A stretch of 60,427 nucleotides of DNA, counting the filler, from Jimgerdemannia flammicorona (taxonomy: Eukaryota): assembly GCA_003990765.1 (NCBI GenBank). It is 3 parts of 3 records of this genome, joined end to end, with 100 filler letters (N's around TTAATTAATTAA, not from the genome) between each part and the next. Parts side by side here need not be neighbours in the genome. Positions count along the whole stretch, not along the records: positions 20,181 to 40,255 come from RBNJ01001769.1; 2 more parts are not named here. One strand, 5' to 3'. The notes below the pieces were generated by a model that saw nothing but the letters and a program-made list of their open reading frames with translations, was not told the DNA's origin and did not search any database. The position numbers and the translations under genes are program-made. Below, piece by piece: positions 26,764 to 37,850 of the stretch (position 1 is its first letter; each line of letters starts with the position of its first letter).

Positions 26764-28158
26764 ATGTCTCTGAAAGGAAAAACCCTCTTCATCACCGGCG
26801 CCTCCAGGTAATTAAAATCATTAGCAATACCAGTATGTCGGCTTTGTCTGAAAAATAATAATAAAAAAATAACGCGTGTTGCTTGTTCCAGGGGTATTGG
26901 CTTGGCCATCGGTCTCCGTGCCGCCAGGGACGGTGCCAACATCTGCATTGCCGCCAAGACCGCCGAACCTCACCCCAAGGTATAGAATTCACTGTGCGCC
27001 CATACCTTCCGTTCGACCGTCCTCGTGAATTCCACCCACCGACCCACATTCCCACAGCTCCCGGGCACGATCTACACGGCCGCGAAGGAGATTGACGAGG
27101 CGGGCGGGCAGGCGCTCCCCGTGGTGTGCGACGTGCGTAAGGAGGAGCAAGTGATTGCGGCCATCGAGCAGTGCGTGGCCCGGTTCGGCGGGCTTGACAT
27201 CGTCATCAACAACGCCTCCGCCATCAGCCTGACCAACACCCGGGACACCCCTTTAAAGATTTACGACCTTATGAACCAGGTCAATGGAAGGGGAACTTGG
27301 CTCGTGTCTAAGGTGAGGGAGGATCGGGAAGGCCTGTGGAACTGGATATTCGAGGGACTTGAGAGAGGCGTGCCTTTGTAGTGATCGACATAAACTCATC
27401 CCCCTTAGCACGCCATCCCGCACCTGATCAAATCGCGTAACAACCCGCACATCCTCAACATCAGTCCTCCGCTCTCGATGCGCGAGGAGTGGTTCAAGGA
27501 CCATGTGGCCTACACTATCTCCAAGTTTAACATGAGCCTATGTGTGCTCGGCACCGCCGGCGAGCTTCGCCCGCACGGCGTCGCTGTCAACGCCCTCTGG
27601 CCCCTCTCGCTCGTCGACACCGCCGCCGTCGTCAACATGCTCGGCGGAAAGGAGCTAGCCAGCACTGGGAGGTGAGGGGAGAAGGGAGACCAGGAGTGGG
27701 AGGATGGGAATAGGGTTGGATTGGTGGGAACAGGTTGATCCGCACCCGGCACGAGCCTCACGCTCTACCGCCTTATTTTTCTCTCATCGCATGCACCACC
27801 ACAGGACCCCCGATATCATGGCCGACGCCGCCCACGGCATCCTCACCAAGGACTCCAAGACCTTCACGTAAGCCACTTTCCTTTCATTCCCTCCCTGCCA
27901 TTTCTTTCGTCCTTCCCTACCTCCTATTCTCATCTCACCTCCCATCCCACTACCAGTGGCAACTTTTTGATCGACGAGCTCTTTCTGCGCGAGGAGGGCG
28001 CGACAGACATGGACAAGTACAGCGCAACACCGGGTGCGACAACGATTGGCGCAGACTTCTTCATTGAAAAGGAGATCTTCGACAAGGTCGACAGGCTCAG
28101 GGAGCAAGCTCAAAAAAGGGGATTGCCTGGGAATAAGGCCAGGGTCGCGAGGATTTAG
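26764..28158 (+). CDS. HSDL2-like short-chain dehydrogenase/reductase; exons 26764-26807, 26892-26979, 27058-27312, 27409-27671, 27805-27867, 27957-28158
   Basis: TGASRGIG, AAKTAEPHPKLPGTIY, NNASAI, catalytic YTISK and VNALWP. All introns are GT-AG. C-terminal ARI is PTS1-like. There is no SCP2 domain. Confidence 0.92.
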
Positions 28159-29123
28159 ATTCGAGGCCGAGTGACAAGCCTCTATGTTTATGGTGTTGAA
28201 AATAAAATCGCATCATTCGTGTAACTGACATAGGTGTGTATAGTATCGAGTGGTATGGTGGTATGATATCTTCACTTCTTGAATAATAAGCGCGCTCAAA
28301 GTTGGATCCACCTTATTCTCAAAATGATTTGTACTATCTTTCCACCATTCTGAGAATTGGATCTTGCCATTTTCAACTTTGAGCGCAGCAAACAACCCTA
28401 ACCCTGGTTGTTTTTAGACTCGTTTGCATTGCAATTTCGGCGTACCAAACCGAAAGAGCCGGAAGAGGCTAACTCTAACTCTGGCTGCACATACATATAT
28501 AGAGCTCAAGAAAGACGTTGATGAAGGAGATTACACCTCGATGAAGGGGATCCCAGTGGAGGGAAGCTGACCTCGGTGAAGAAGGCCTTGATAAAAGGAG
28601 TGTCAACAAAGAGAACTTGATCTCCAGCAGTGTCTTGTAACCAGAGCTTGTTGATTGAATCTGAGCATACAATTACACATCCTGGCTTGAAAATCTCTAA
28701 CATCTTATTAAAGATAAGCTGGTCTCCTTATTAAAAATAATATTGAGATGACAAAATAATTAATGATTGGTTTTTATTCATTTTTGGTGCTTTGCAATCT
28801 ATTTGATGAGATATTTTCAGCTCTCATACTGACTTTTATATTTGTATAGACTTTATATAACTGTATATTATATTATATATTTATATTCAAAAGCTTAATA
28901 TTAAATATAATATATTTTTTAAAAAGATAATTTTATTATTATAAATATAGTTATTTTATACTTCATTTAATTTATAGAAGTATTTAAATATAATATTAAA
29001 GTTATATAAAAAATATCAATAAATAGAGCTTTTTTGCTTAATTTATAATTATTATTATAAAATCTAAGATATATAATAATAGAGAAAAATATAATAATAT
29101 AGCAAAATAATTTATCTATATAT

Positions 29124-30959
29124 TATCATATAGTGGTTGCTGAGTCCTTCAAATACGCCAGATTTTCTTCAAGATGTATCTCTTAGACTAACTCAAGTTG
29201 TTATAAGCAAGTTCTTATTGGAGTGCCTTCCCAAGGTCTTATAGTCCTCAAACTTCTTATCTTTAACTATCTTATTATCTCTTAGATTGCTTACAAGGAA
29301 GTGTGTATAAGTAAAACCGGAACTTGACTGAAACTTGACTGACTTTATTTCAGAGGAAATAAGAGAGATATTTATACAAAATATAATTCAATGGTTACTA
29401 AGATATAAAGCTAAATATAAATTCTAATAACTAAAACTACTAAGTTCCGGGGCTGGCATTATTTAGTATCATATCAAAATACCAGTGCTGGAATAATTTT
29501 GCATCACCTCAGAATACTGGTGCTGGTATTATCCAGTGTAACAAAGAACTTAGAGCAGAAAGTTCAGGACCATGGGAGCTTCATCATCATCATTATCACT
29601 GAAGGAGATAAGGTTCACGAATTCGTCATGCAGGCCACGTGTCTCATATACTTCATTGTCACACATTTCATGTACTTCGCATGGTATGTCATGCGAGATG
29701 ACATCATTGATGACATCATCACATTCGGCTATAGTGGGAAAATCAGGAACAAGGTCTGGAGCTCTCTAGTCTATGAGGTTCTCTTCTACAAAATAAGGAA
29801 CAAATGTGGGGTCTTGAGGAGATCTGATCTGGATACTTGGACCTTGGAATACTGAGATCAATCCTTGCAGGAATTGGTCTGGGTTGTCCTGAAGGATAGG
29901 GTGCCAGAAGTCTTCTACTTCTTTGCTATTGAGGGTGATAGTGGACTGGGCTTCTGTGGCTACCATGGCTTCTAGTACATTGATATGGCAGGATGACAGA
30001 TCTCTAAAGTCTGAGACTCTAACATACTCCAAGTTGGGGATTGACCATAGTGCATGCCTGAAGATCTGATGGATCTTCTTTGCTGTTCTTACCTTATATA
30101 GGTCCATGGAAGTAGTATCTTGTAGCTCTTGAGAGCTGGCCTGTGGGAACTCCTGGCAGAGGAGGTTTCCTATTTCATATTCCTGCCACATTTAGAGGCA
30201 TTCGGTGGCAATGATGATCCTTGTTTCCATTTTGCAGCAGTAGAGAATGAAGTGATAGGGGTCTGCAATACCCAGGTTAACACTAGGAGTCCTTCTTGAG
30301 TGGGTCCTCATGGCTCTTCTGATGTCTTGGAACATCCTTTCCTCGATCAAGATACCTTGATGATTTCTTGACCTTGAGGTTTGGCAAGCAGCAGGCATTT
30401 TGTTTGTGATAAGTCTTTGAGCTATTTTTGGGATTAGTGGTTCTTGTTGATTGCTGCTACTGTGGTTCCTTGATCCTTCTTTTATATTCTTCAGGATGCT
30501 TGTGCTGTGGTCACAATGACTCACAGTTGGTCATCATTGCTCATCTCATATGCCATATGATCTTCTTGTGCTCCAATCTGGTGGCTTATAAGGAAAGGCT
30601 GTCTCCTGTACTAATGTCATCATTCTGGGGTCACCGTTATATCTTCCTCCTGAATAAGGATCTTCCTGAGCATCCTTATTCATTGTCCAGTCCTGAAAAA
30701 TTTGCTGATCCCATAACCTCTGGCAAGGGGTTGAAAACTGGTGTTTATGGGCTGGCGTCTTCCCTTTGTATTTTGGTGTGATGGTGAAGGGTCGCTCTCT
30801 TTATATAGAGCAAGGGCCTGATTCTGATCTTGAGCAATCAGTTGACGGTTCAAACTCCTCTGACTGCAAAAGTCTTCATAGATGAGTAGTTGTCAGTGCC
30901 ATATCCCTTAGAGAATGGTCTAGACAGATAGCCTGCTGATCACGAGACATGCTGTTACA
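29124..30959 (-). repeat. Element B 3' LTR (~1.8 kb)
   Basis: Colinear with 36344-37850. The outer end is tentatively the minus-strand TGTAACA at 30959. No clear PPT is visible. Confidence 0.8.
29550..30398 (-). pseudogene. Family-B LTR accessory ORF with two point stops
   Basis: Single frame MPAA...LNFLL*. Stops at 30192 (CAA->TAA) and 29766 (TGG->TAG). Confidence 0.88.
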
Positions 30960-32202
30960 ATTCATGAACTAGAACCTCATGGGCAGTCATCATGTTTTGC
31001 TTCTCTTGTATAGGTTTGTAGTACTTCTTGAGTCTATTCTTATGTACCATGGTAGGCAGTATAGTCCCTGAGATTTTTCTAAGCCAGAAGGTAGTTCCCT
31101 TGATATCTTGTACGTAGAAGGGTCCTTCCTATTTGGGTTCCAGTTTTTGTGACCATGAGGCTTCTACCATATTTCGATATAGTAGAACCTTTTCTCCAAT
31201 TCGGATGGGTTCTAGGGCCTTGTGATTCTTTTCTGCATTCTTCCTTATCAGTGCTTGTGATTTGGTGATGTAATCTTCAGCCTTCTTCCTGATTTGGTGT
31301 AGTCTCCAGATTTCTGCATCAACCTGTCTCCAAGTTAGGTCTAGATTTGTGGCTGAGGTTCCATCAGAATCTTCTTCTCTGAAGAGCAGCTCTCTTGGGG
31401 TAAAATGTGTGCTCTGTGACCATATGTCTTGTAGGACAGAGAGGGCAGTTGGGAGATAGTTATCCCAATTCTCATATGTCTCTGAGATCTTCGCTAAGAT
31501 GTTCTTGAGGGTCTTATTGGTTCTTTCTGTCTGTCCATTTCCTTGAGGGTAGTATGCAGTGGTCTTGATGTGCTGGATCTTGTATTTCTAATATATTATC
31601 TTGTGGAATCTATTGATAAATTCTGTACTGTGGTCTGTTGTAATTTGCTTTGGTATCTTGTAGTGGCAGATAATTTCTTGGTATAGGAAATTGGCTATAG
31701 AGAGGGTATTGGCTTCTTGTAATGCTCCTGCCTCTATCCATTTGGTGAAGAGGTCTACAATAACTATAATATAGTGGTTTCCTGATAGTGTTACTGGTAG
31801 TGATCTAATGATATTCATTGCGATGTGGTGGAAGGGGATAGGCTCAATTCTTGATGATCTGGGTGCCTGGTCTTGCTGATCTTATTTCTGTTTTTGGTAC
31901 TTGTCACACTCTTTGACAAATTGGCACAGGTCTTTTTCCATCTTGGGCCACCACATAGTTCTTCTTGCCTTATCATATATATTGATTCCTCCTAAGTATC
32001 CTTGCTTGTATACTTCCTTCATTACTTGATACTTCTTATGTTCAGATATTACTAGCTTTTCTCCTTTTCTGAGTGTAGTATTGTCTAATTCAAACTGTTT
32101 CCAAGTCTGGTTGATGATGGTAATTGTCCAGGGTTCAAGGTGGTTGGGCATCTTCCGCTGCCCAAGGTAGCTGATTAATCCATAGTATAGCTCCTTATTC
32201 AT
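30960..32202 (-). pseudogene. Element B integrase (own ORF starting MNKELYY)
   Basis: WWPKM...FVKECDK zinc-domain remnant, VDLFTKW, TDHSTEF, TAYYPQGNGQTERTN and EGPFYV. Confidence 0.88.
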
Positions 32203-33430
32203 GTTGAATAGTCTTGATAGAGATGTTTCGGGGTATCCTTAAGAGTGCATCAGCATTGGTGTTGGTCTTTCCTGGGCAGTGCTTGACAGTACAGTCATAT
32301 TCTTGCAGTCTGTAGATCCATCTGGCATATATTCCTTTGGGGTTCAGAGTGTGGAATAGCCAGACAAGAGCGGAATAGTCTGTCTGAATGGTGAAGTGTT
32401 TTCCAGCTAGGTAGTAGTGGAACTTGTCTACTGCCCAAACTACCACTAAGCATTCAAGCTTACATGACTCATAGTTCTGTTCTACTCTATGGGTACCTCA
32501 GCTTGTGTAGGAGATGACATATTTATGTCCATCTTTCTTCTGAGCTAGGACTGCTCCAAGTCCTATAGCACTCGCATCTGTCTGCAGGATGAATTCTAGG
32601 TTTCAGTCTGATCTTCTGAGGATGGGTGCTTGGATCAACCTGGTCTTGAGTTCATTGAAGGTTTCTTGGTACTCCTTGGTCTATTCAAATTTGATCTCCT
32701 TCTTCAGTAGCTCATAGATAGGTGCTGCAATGTTGGAGTATTCTTTGATAAATCTTCTGTAGTAGCTGGCCAGTCTAAGGAAGGCGTGAACTTCTGTGGT
32801 TGTTCTGGGTCTTGGGTAGGCTGCAACAGCCTCAATCTTCATGGGGTCTGTGTGGATTCCAGTCTGGTTGATGAGGTGTCCTAGGTAGGTGATTTCTTGA
32901 GCTACAAACTTGCATTTCTTGGGCTTGATGTAGAGGCCATGCTCCTTGAGCCTTGTGAGGACTAGCTGTATGTGATTGATATGTTCCTGTGCAGTGTTGC
33001 TGAAGATGATCACATTATCAATATAGACAAAGAGCCATTTTCCAATCTCGTTGCTGAAGACTCTGTTCATCATTCACTGGAAACTTGCTGGGGCATTGCA
33101 CATTCCAAATGGCATTCGCAGATAGATGTAGGTGGCATTAGGTATGATGAAGGCTGATTTCTCACTGGCATCTTGAGTGAGACCGATCTGATGGAAGCCT
33201 GAGAACAGATCCAAGGTGGTGTAGTATTTGGCTTCACTTCCAAGGGTGGTAAGGATTTCTTGAATATTCGGCAAGGGCTGCCTATCCTTCTTGGTGATGG
33301 CATTGAGTTTCCTGTAGTCAATGCAGAGTCTTGGTGCAAACTCTCCAGGCTTGCTTCCTTTCTTTGGGGCAAGGACAATAGGTGAGGCCCAGGGGCTGAT
33401 AGCTTGCTTGATGATTCCAGCTTCTTCCAT
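32195..33430 (-). pseudogene. Element B RT and RNase H
   Basis: [39 protein letters not shown](D), QTDASAIGLGAVL and NADAL. Confidence 0.93.
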
Positions 33431-33709
33431 TTCCTTGAGTTTGGCTCATAGCCACTCTCTGTAGGCAGGTGGTATGGGTCTGGCTTTCTGGTAGATAGGC
33501 TTGGTATCACCAGTGTCAACTTCGTGGTGGTACTTGGGTTCTTGATTGTAGATATCCCTAAAGTCTGTAGCAAGTACTTCTTTGTTCTGGTATAGGATCT
33601 TGAGAAGTTGTTCCTCTAAGGGAAAGTTTTCTCCAATGGTATATGTGTGCTTGTTCTGGTCCTTGTTTTTCTTGTGCTCAAGTTCAGTAATCTTGGTGGC
33701 AGCATAGGC

Positions 33710-34120
33710 TCCTCTTTCAGTAGATCTAAAGCCTTGTTCTCCTCTCTTGGTTTTGATAAGTTCAGTGGCTTCTATGATCTTGGGCTTCTTAATTTCGTAG
33801 ATCAGCATCTGGGCAATCCTGTCATGCTTCTTGACTTCGAAGGGGGTAGTGTGGTTGTGATTTCTGACTATGAGAAAAATCTCACCAGTGTAATCAGGGT
33901 CAATTACTCCTCCTTCAACTGAGATTTCGCTTTTGGCCAGACTGCTCCTGGTTTTGATAATTCTGGCATGGTTTTCTGGCAACTTGACTCCAATTCCAGT
34001 GCCAAGTAGGGTGGTGGTCTGTGGTTTGAGGGTAGCATCTTAGATGCTGGCAAGATCCATTCCTATGGCTCCTTCAGTCTTATATTCTGGGATCTTGGCT
34101 TCAGGGTGAAACTTCTTGAC
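33710..34120 (-). pseudogene. dUTPase domain of element B (between protease and RT)
   Basis: GAIGMDL, RSSLA, GGVIDPDYTGEI, DRIAQML and RGEQGFRST. Confidence 0.92.
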
Positions 34121-34249
34121 CTTGAGAGTGATGTCTGGTTCTTATTCCTCCTCATCGTCACTGTCAGCTTAAAGCTCTGGGGGCTGGTCATCTTCTTCAG
34201 CTTTCCTTTTTGCTTTGGTAGCTTCTTGCTCATATTTTCATTGGTGGAT

Positions 34250-34390
34250 TTTCCTGACTTTACTGATACAGGACCAGCAGTCATTCAGGTGTTTGGAGTA
34301 GTACATTCTAGTACCATGGGGGCATCTTCCTTGAGGGGCATACCCATCGATGATCTTGTTATACCACTGCTCATCTGTGAGCTTGAGTGT
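34250..34390 (-). other. CPHG-x-CxxC module between protease and dUTPase of element B
   Basis: EQWYNKIIDGYAPQGRCPHGTRMYYSKHLNDCWSCISK (ORF 34238-34420). Confidence 0.75.
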
Positions 34391-34499
34391 CTTGTTCTTG
34401 TTCTTGTTCACCAAGTGCATGAAGACCTCTGTGTCTTCTTCATCTCCTTCCTCTATGTCTGGCAGGACTCCTTTGTAGATATTGATAGAAACTCATACC

Positions 34500-36223
34500 T
34501 TTCTCCCTCTGTAGTTGATCTGTATCTTCTGGGCATTGAGGTCAATGATGGCCTTGGCCTTGTGAAGTCATTGGTTGCCAATGAGGATGTCATAGTTGGT
34601 GGCGCTTGTAATAATAACATCTACTGGGATAGTAGCTCCTCTTATCTTGATAGAGACTTCTCAGATTTTGTCAAGGGGGGTAGCTCGTGTAATATCTACT
34701 GTGATATAGACCATTTTGGTAGACTCTTCAATATCCCAATCTAGGCAGTCAATTGCCTTCTTGCTCATGAGGCATCCTCCAGCACTAGTATCAATGATAG
34801 CATCAAAGATACAGTCTTCAATCTGGCAGGGGGTATAGGTTGATGTCTTGCGCTAGTCTTCGGATTCTTCACCTGAGTTCTCAGATTCTTCTTGTGCATT
34901 ATGAGCTTCTACAATCTTGTACTCTTAATTCTTGACAGTGGTTGCAAGTCCTACTCTCAATTGCTGTCTGAAGGCAGGGACTTCAGCTAGCTGCCCAAAA
35001 GTGGCATTGACCTTCTGTTCCTTGAGGTCCTTGTAGATGTCATACTGGTGGATCTTGGTCTTATGCAGCTTCTGTTCCTTCTTGCTCTCACTTTCTCCTG
35101 AGACTGAAGTAGTACCTTTGATGATTTGGTGGGTGGCCTCGTCTAACTCCATGTCTTGATCAATCTCCTCGTGTTGGGTCTTGCTTTGAATAGTGACAGC
35201 TGGAGTCTTTTTTAGTCTTCCAACTGGCTTGCTGTTGCTCTTCTTGTCATAGGGCTTGGACCGGGTTCTGGTACCTTCAGTAGCAGGGTAGAATTCGAGC
35301 TCCTCATAGTATTCTTCATCATCAGTATTACCAATCTCCTCAATGACTACTGCATTGGTTTGTTCTCTGGTTCTGCTAGCATTGCTTGGTTGGGTTTTGC
35401 ATCTTGTTTCGGTTATGTAATTCTTTGCATAGTGGCCTTCTTCTCTACATCTGAAGCATGTGATGTTATTGTGTTCTTCTATAGTAGCTGCAAATCTCTG
35501 CACTGGTCTCCAGTTGACACTTCAGACTTCTCTGACAACATCATCAAGGTGTACAGTCATCTCGGTGAACTGCTTGGCAAGTTCTTCCACTGGGTCAGCT
35601 TTGGCTATCTTGGGGGTAGGTGGGGTTGGTTGTCTGTTTACGACTGTGGTAGGTAAGATACTAGTTGGCTTTGATGGCTCCATCTTGATGCTAGTTATTT
35701 TCTCCATTGAGTATTCAGCAGGGTGTCTGGCAGTCCAATATCTCTGTGCAAAGACCACTTTTTGATCAAGGGTCAGTGTAGCTGGGGTAGACTGGATTGC
35801 TAGGGCAATTTCAGAGTGAACTCCTTTGAGGAAGATTGAATCTACTATTTGTTCCTTGAGGCGATCATCATAGCTAGCCAAGACAATCTGGTGGCAAATT
35901 CGGGTATAGAATGAGTTGGGATCTTCACTAAGTCTCTGGCAGATAGTATTGAGTTGATCCTTGAGAGCTTGCTTGATCTCTTTGGTATAATATGTTGTTC
36001 TGAGGAAGGCCTTCATATTGGCAAGTTTGGCTGCACCAGCATCAGCAATGGTGGCTGCATTGAACTTGTCTCTAGCAGGTCCTCTGAGGCTGACTGGTAG
36101 AAGGGCCAATTGAGCATCCACACCAAGGGCTCGTACGATGGCAAATTGTTCAAAGTCTTCAATGAAGGTCAGGATTGACTCTTCAGTAGTATATCTATAG
36201 AATGTAGGAGGATGCATTTCCAT
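34500..36223 (-). pseudogene. Element B gag (zinc knuckle) and protease
   Basis: ORFs 35522-36223 and 34925-35503 share one frame (CFRCREEGHYAKN). Protease AIIDTSAGGCL lies near 34790. Confidence 0.88.
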
Positions 36224-36324
36224 CTTATCTTAAATTCTTACAGGGGTGACTCTTGTAGTCAGGGTAGTTGTTGTGGGAGTTGTTCGTTTTTCAGCTTGAA
36301 AGTGAGAGATTCGTCTTGAATCAC

Positions 36325-36340
36325 CAGCCAATGGGTACCA
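36325..36340 (-). promoter_or_regulatory. PBS of element B (primer unassigned)
   Basis: Minus strand TGGTACCCATTGGCTG, 3 nt from the LTR end. Confidence 0.65.
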
Positions 36341-36343
36341 AGT

Positions 36344-37850
36344 TGTCACATAGTGGTCGCTGAGTCCTTCAAATATGCCAGATTCTCTTCAAGGTATATC
36401 TCTTAGACTAACTCAAGTTGTTATAAGTAAGTTCTTATTGGAGTGCCTTCCCAAGGTCTTATAGTCCTCAAACTTCTTATCTTTAACTGTCTTATTATCT
36501 CTTAGATTGCTTGCAAGGGATTGTGTATTGCACTGAAACTTGACTGACTTTATTTCAGAAGAAATAAGGGAGATATTTATACAAAATATAATTCAATGGT
36601 TGCTAAGATATAAAGCTAAATATAAATTCCAATAACTAAAACTACTGAGTTCCAGAGCTGGCATTATTTAGTACCACATCAAAATACCGGTGCTGGAACA
36701 ATTTCGCGTCACCTCAGAATACCAGTGCTGGCATTATCCAGTGTTACATGAGAATACCGGTGCTGGCATTATCCAGTATAACAAAGAACTTTTAGAGCAG
36801 AAAGTTCAGGATCATGGGAGCTTCATCATCATCATCACTGAAGGAGATGAGATCCGCGAATTCGTCATGTAGGTCGCGTGTCTCACGTACTTTGTGTATG
36901 TCGTGCGGAATGACATCATCGCCGATGACGTCATCATGTTTGGCGGGGAAATCGGGGACAAGATTTGGAGCTCTCCAATCTATGAGGTTCTCTTCCACAA
37001 AATAGGGGACAAATGTGGGGTCTTGGGGGGATCTAACTTGGATGCTTGGGCCTTGGAATACTGAGATCAATCCTTGCAAGAATTGGTCTGGGTTGTCCTG
37101 AAGGATAGGGTGCCAGAAGTCTTCTACTTCTTCGCTGTTGAGGGTGATGGTGGACTGGACTTCTGTAGCTACCCTGGCTTCTAGTGCATTGATGCGGCGG
37201 GATGACAGGTCTCTGAAGTCTGAGACTCTAACATACTCCAAGTTGGGGATTGACCATGGTGCATGCCTGAAGATCTGATGGATCTTCTTTGCTGTCCTTG
37301 TCTCACGTAGGTCTATGGGGGTGGCATCTTGTAGCTCTTGAGGGCTGGCCTGTGGGAACTCCCGACAGAGGAGGTTTCCTATTTCGTATTCCTGCCACAT
37401 TTGGAGGCATTCGGTGGCAATAGTGATCCTTGTTTCCATTTCACGGCAGTAGAGGATAAAGTGATAAGGGTCTGCAGTACCCAGGTTGATGCTAGGAGTC
37501 CTTCTTGAGCGGGTCCTCATGGCTCTTCTGATGTCTTGAAATATCCTTTCCTTGACCAAGATACCTTGATGATTCCTTGACCTTGAGATTTGGTGGGCAG
37601 CAGGCATTTTGTTTGTGGTAAGTCTTTGAGCTATTTTGGGATTGGGGTTCTTGTTGGCTGCTGCTACTGCGGTTCCTTAATCCTTCTTTTATATTCTTCA
37701 GGATACTTGTGCCGTGGTCACAATGACTCACAGTTGGTCATCATTGCTCATCTCGCATGCCATATGATCTTCTTGTACTCTGATCTGGTGGCTTGTAAAG
37801 AAAGGCTGTCTCCTGTGCTGATGTCATCATTCTGGGGTCACCATTACATT
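36344..37850 (-). repeat. Element B 5' LTR, outer end lost
   Basis: TGTCACA terminus. On the minus strand, TATAAATA at 36574-36581 and AATAAA at 36549-36554. Three 35-bp repeats at 36683, 36718 and 36753. Confidence 0.92.
36792..37607 (-). CDS. Intact 271-aa LTR (U3)-encoded accessory protein of unknown function
   Basis: Open frame with ACAAACAAA-ATG context. TATAAAAG at 37686-37693. Four copies in the window. Acidic C-terminus. Confidence 0.85.
   Translation of the reverse strand: MPAAHQISRSRNHQGILVKERIFQDIRRAMRTRSRRTPSINLGTADPYHFILYCREMETRITIATECLQMWQEYEIGNLLCREFPQASPQELQDATPIDLRETRTAKKIHQIFRHAPWSIPNLEYVRVSDFRDLSSRRINALEARVATEVQSTITLNSEEVEDFWHPILQDNPDQFLQGLISVFQGPSIQVRSPQDPTFVPYFVEENLIDWRAPNLVPDFPAKHDDVIGDDVIPHDIHKVRETRDLHDEFADLISFSDDDDEAPMILNFLL

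Larger units (their letters stand above)
29124..37850 (-). mobile_element. Element B: Ty3/Gypsy non-chromovirus (gag-PR-dUTPase-RT-RH, separate IN ORF) with ORF-containing LTRs
   Basis: LTRs at 29124-~30959 and 36344-~37850 (truncated). TGG-starting PBS next to the right LTR. Pol motifs on the minus strand. Confidence 0.92.

Noticed and set aside
28395..28405. ACCCTAACCCT telomere-like motif
   Set aside because: Fewer than two full units and internal to the contig.
30399..30690. N-terminal extension of the family-B ORF (MNKDAQ...SHCDH...)
   Set aside because: It needs several TGA->CGA repairs and is out of frame by 2 bp in the 37607 copy. A TATA-like box before MPAA favours the shorter start. 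Unresolved.
34106..34744. 212-aa plus-strand ORF and similar antisense ORFs (41336-41977, 2863-3162, 11162-11500, 21095-21526)
   Set aside because: Shadows of minus-strand coding regions with no independent motifs.
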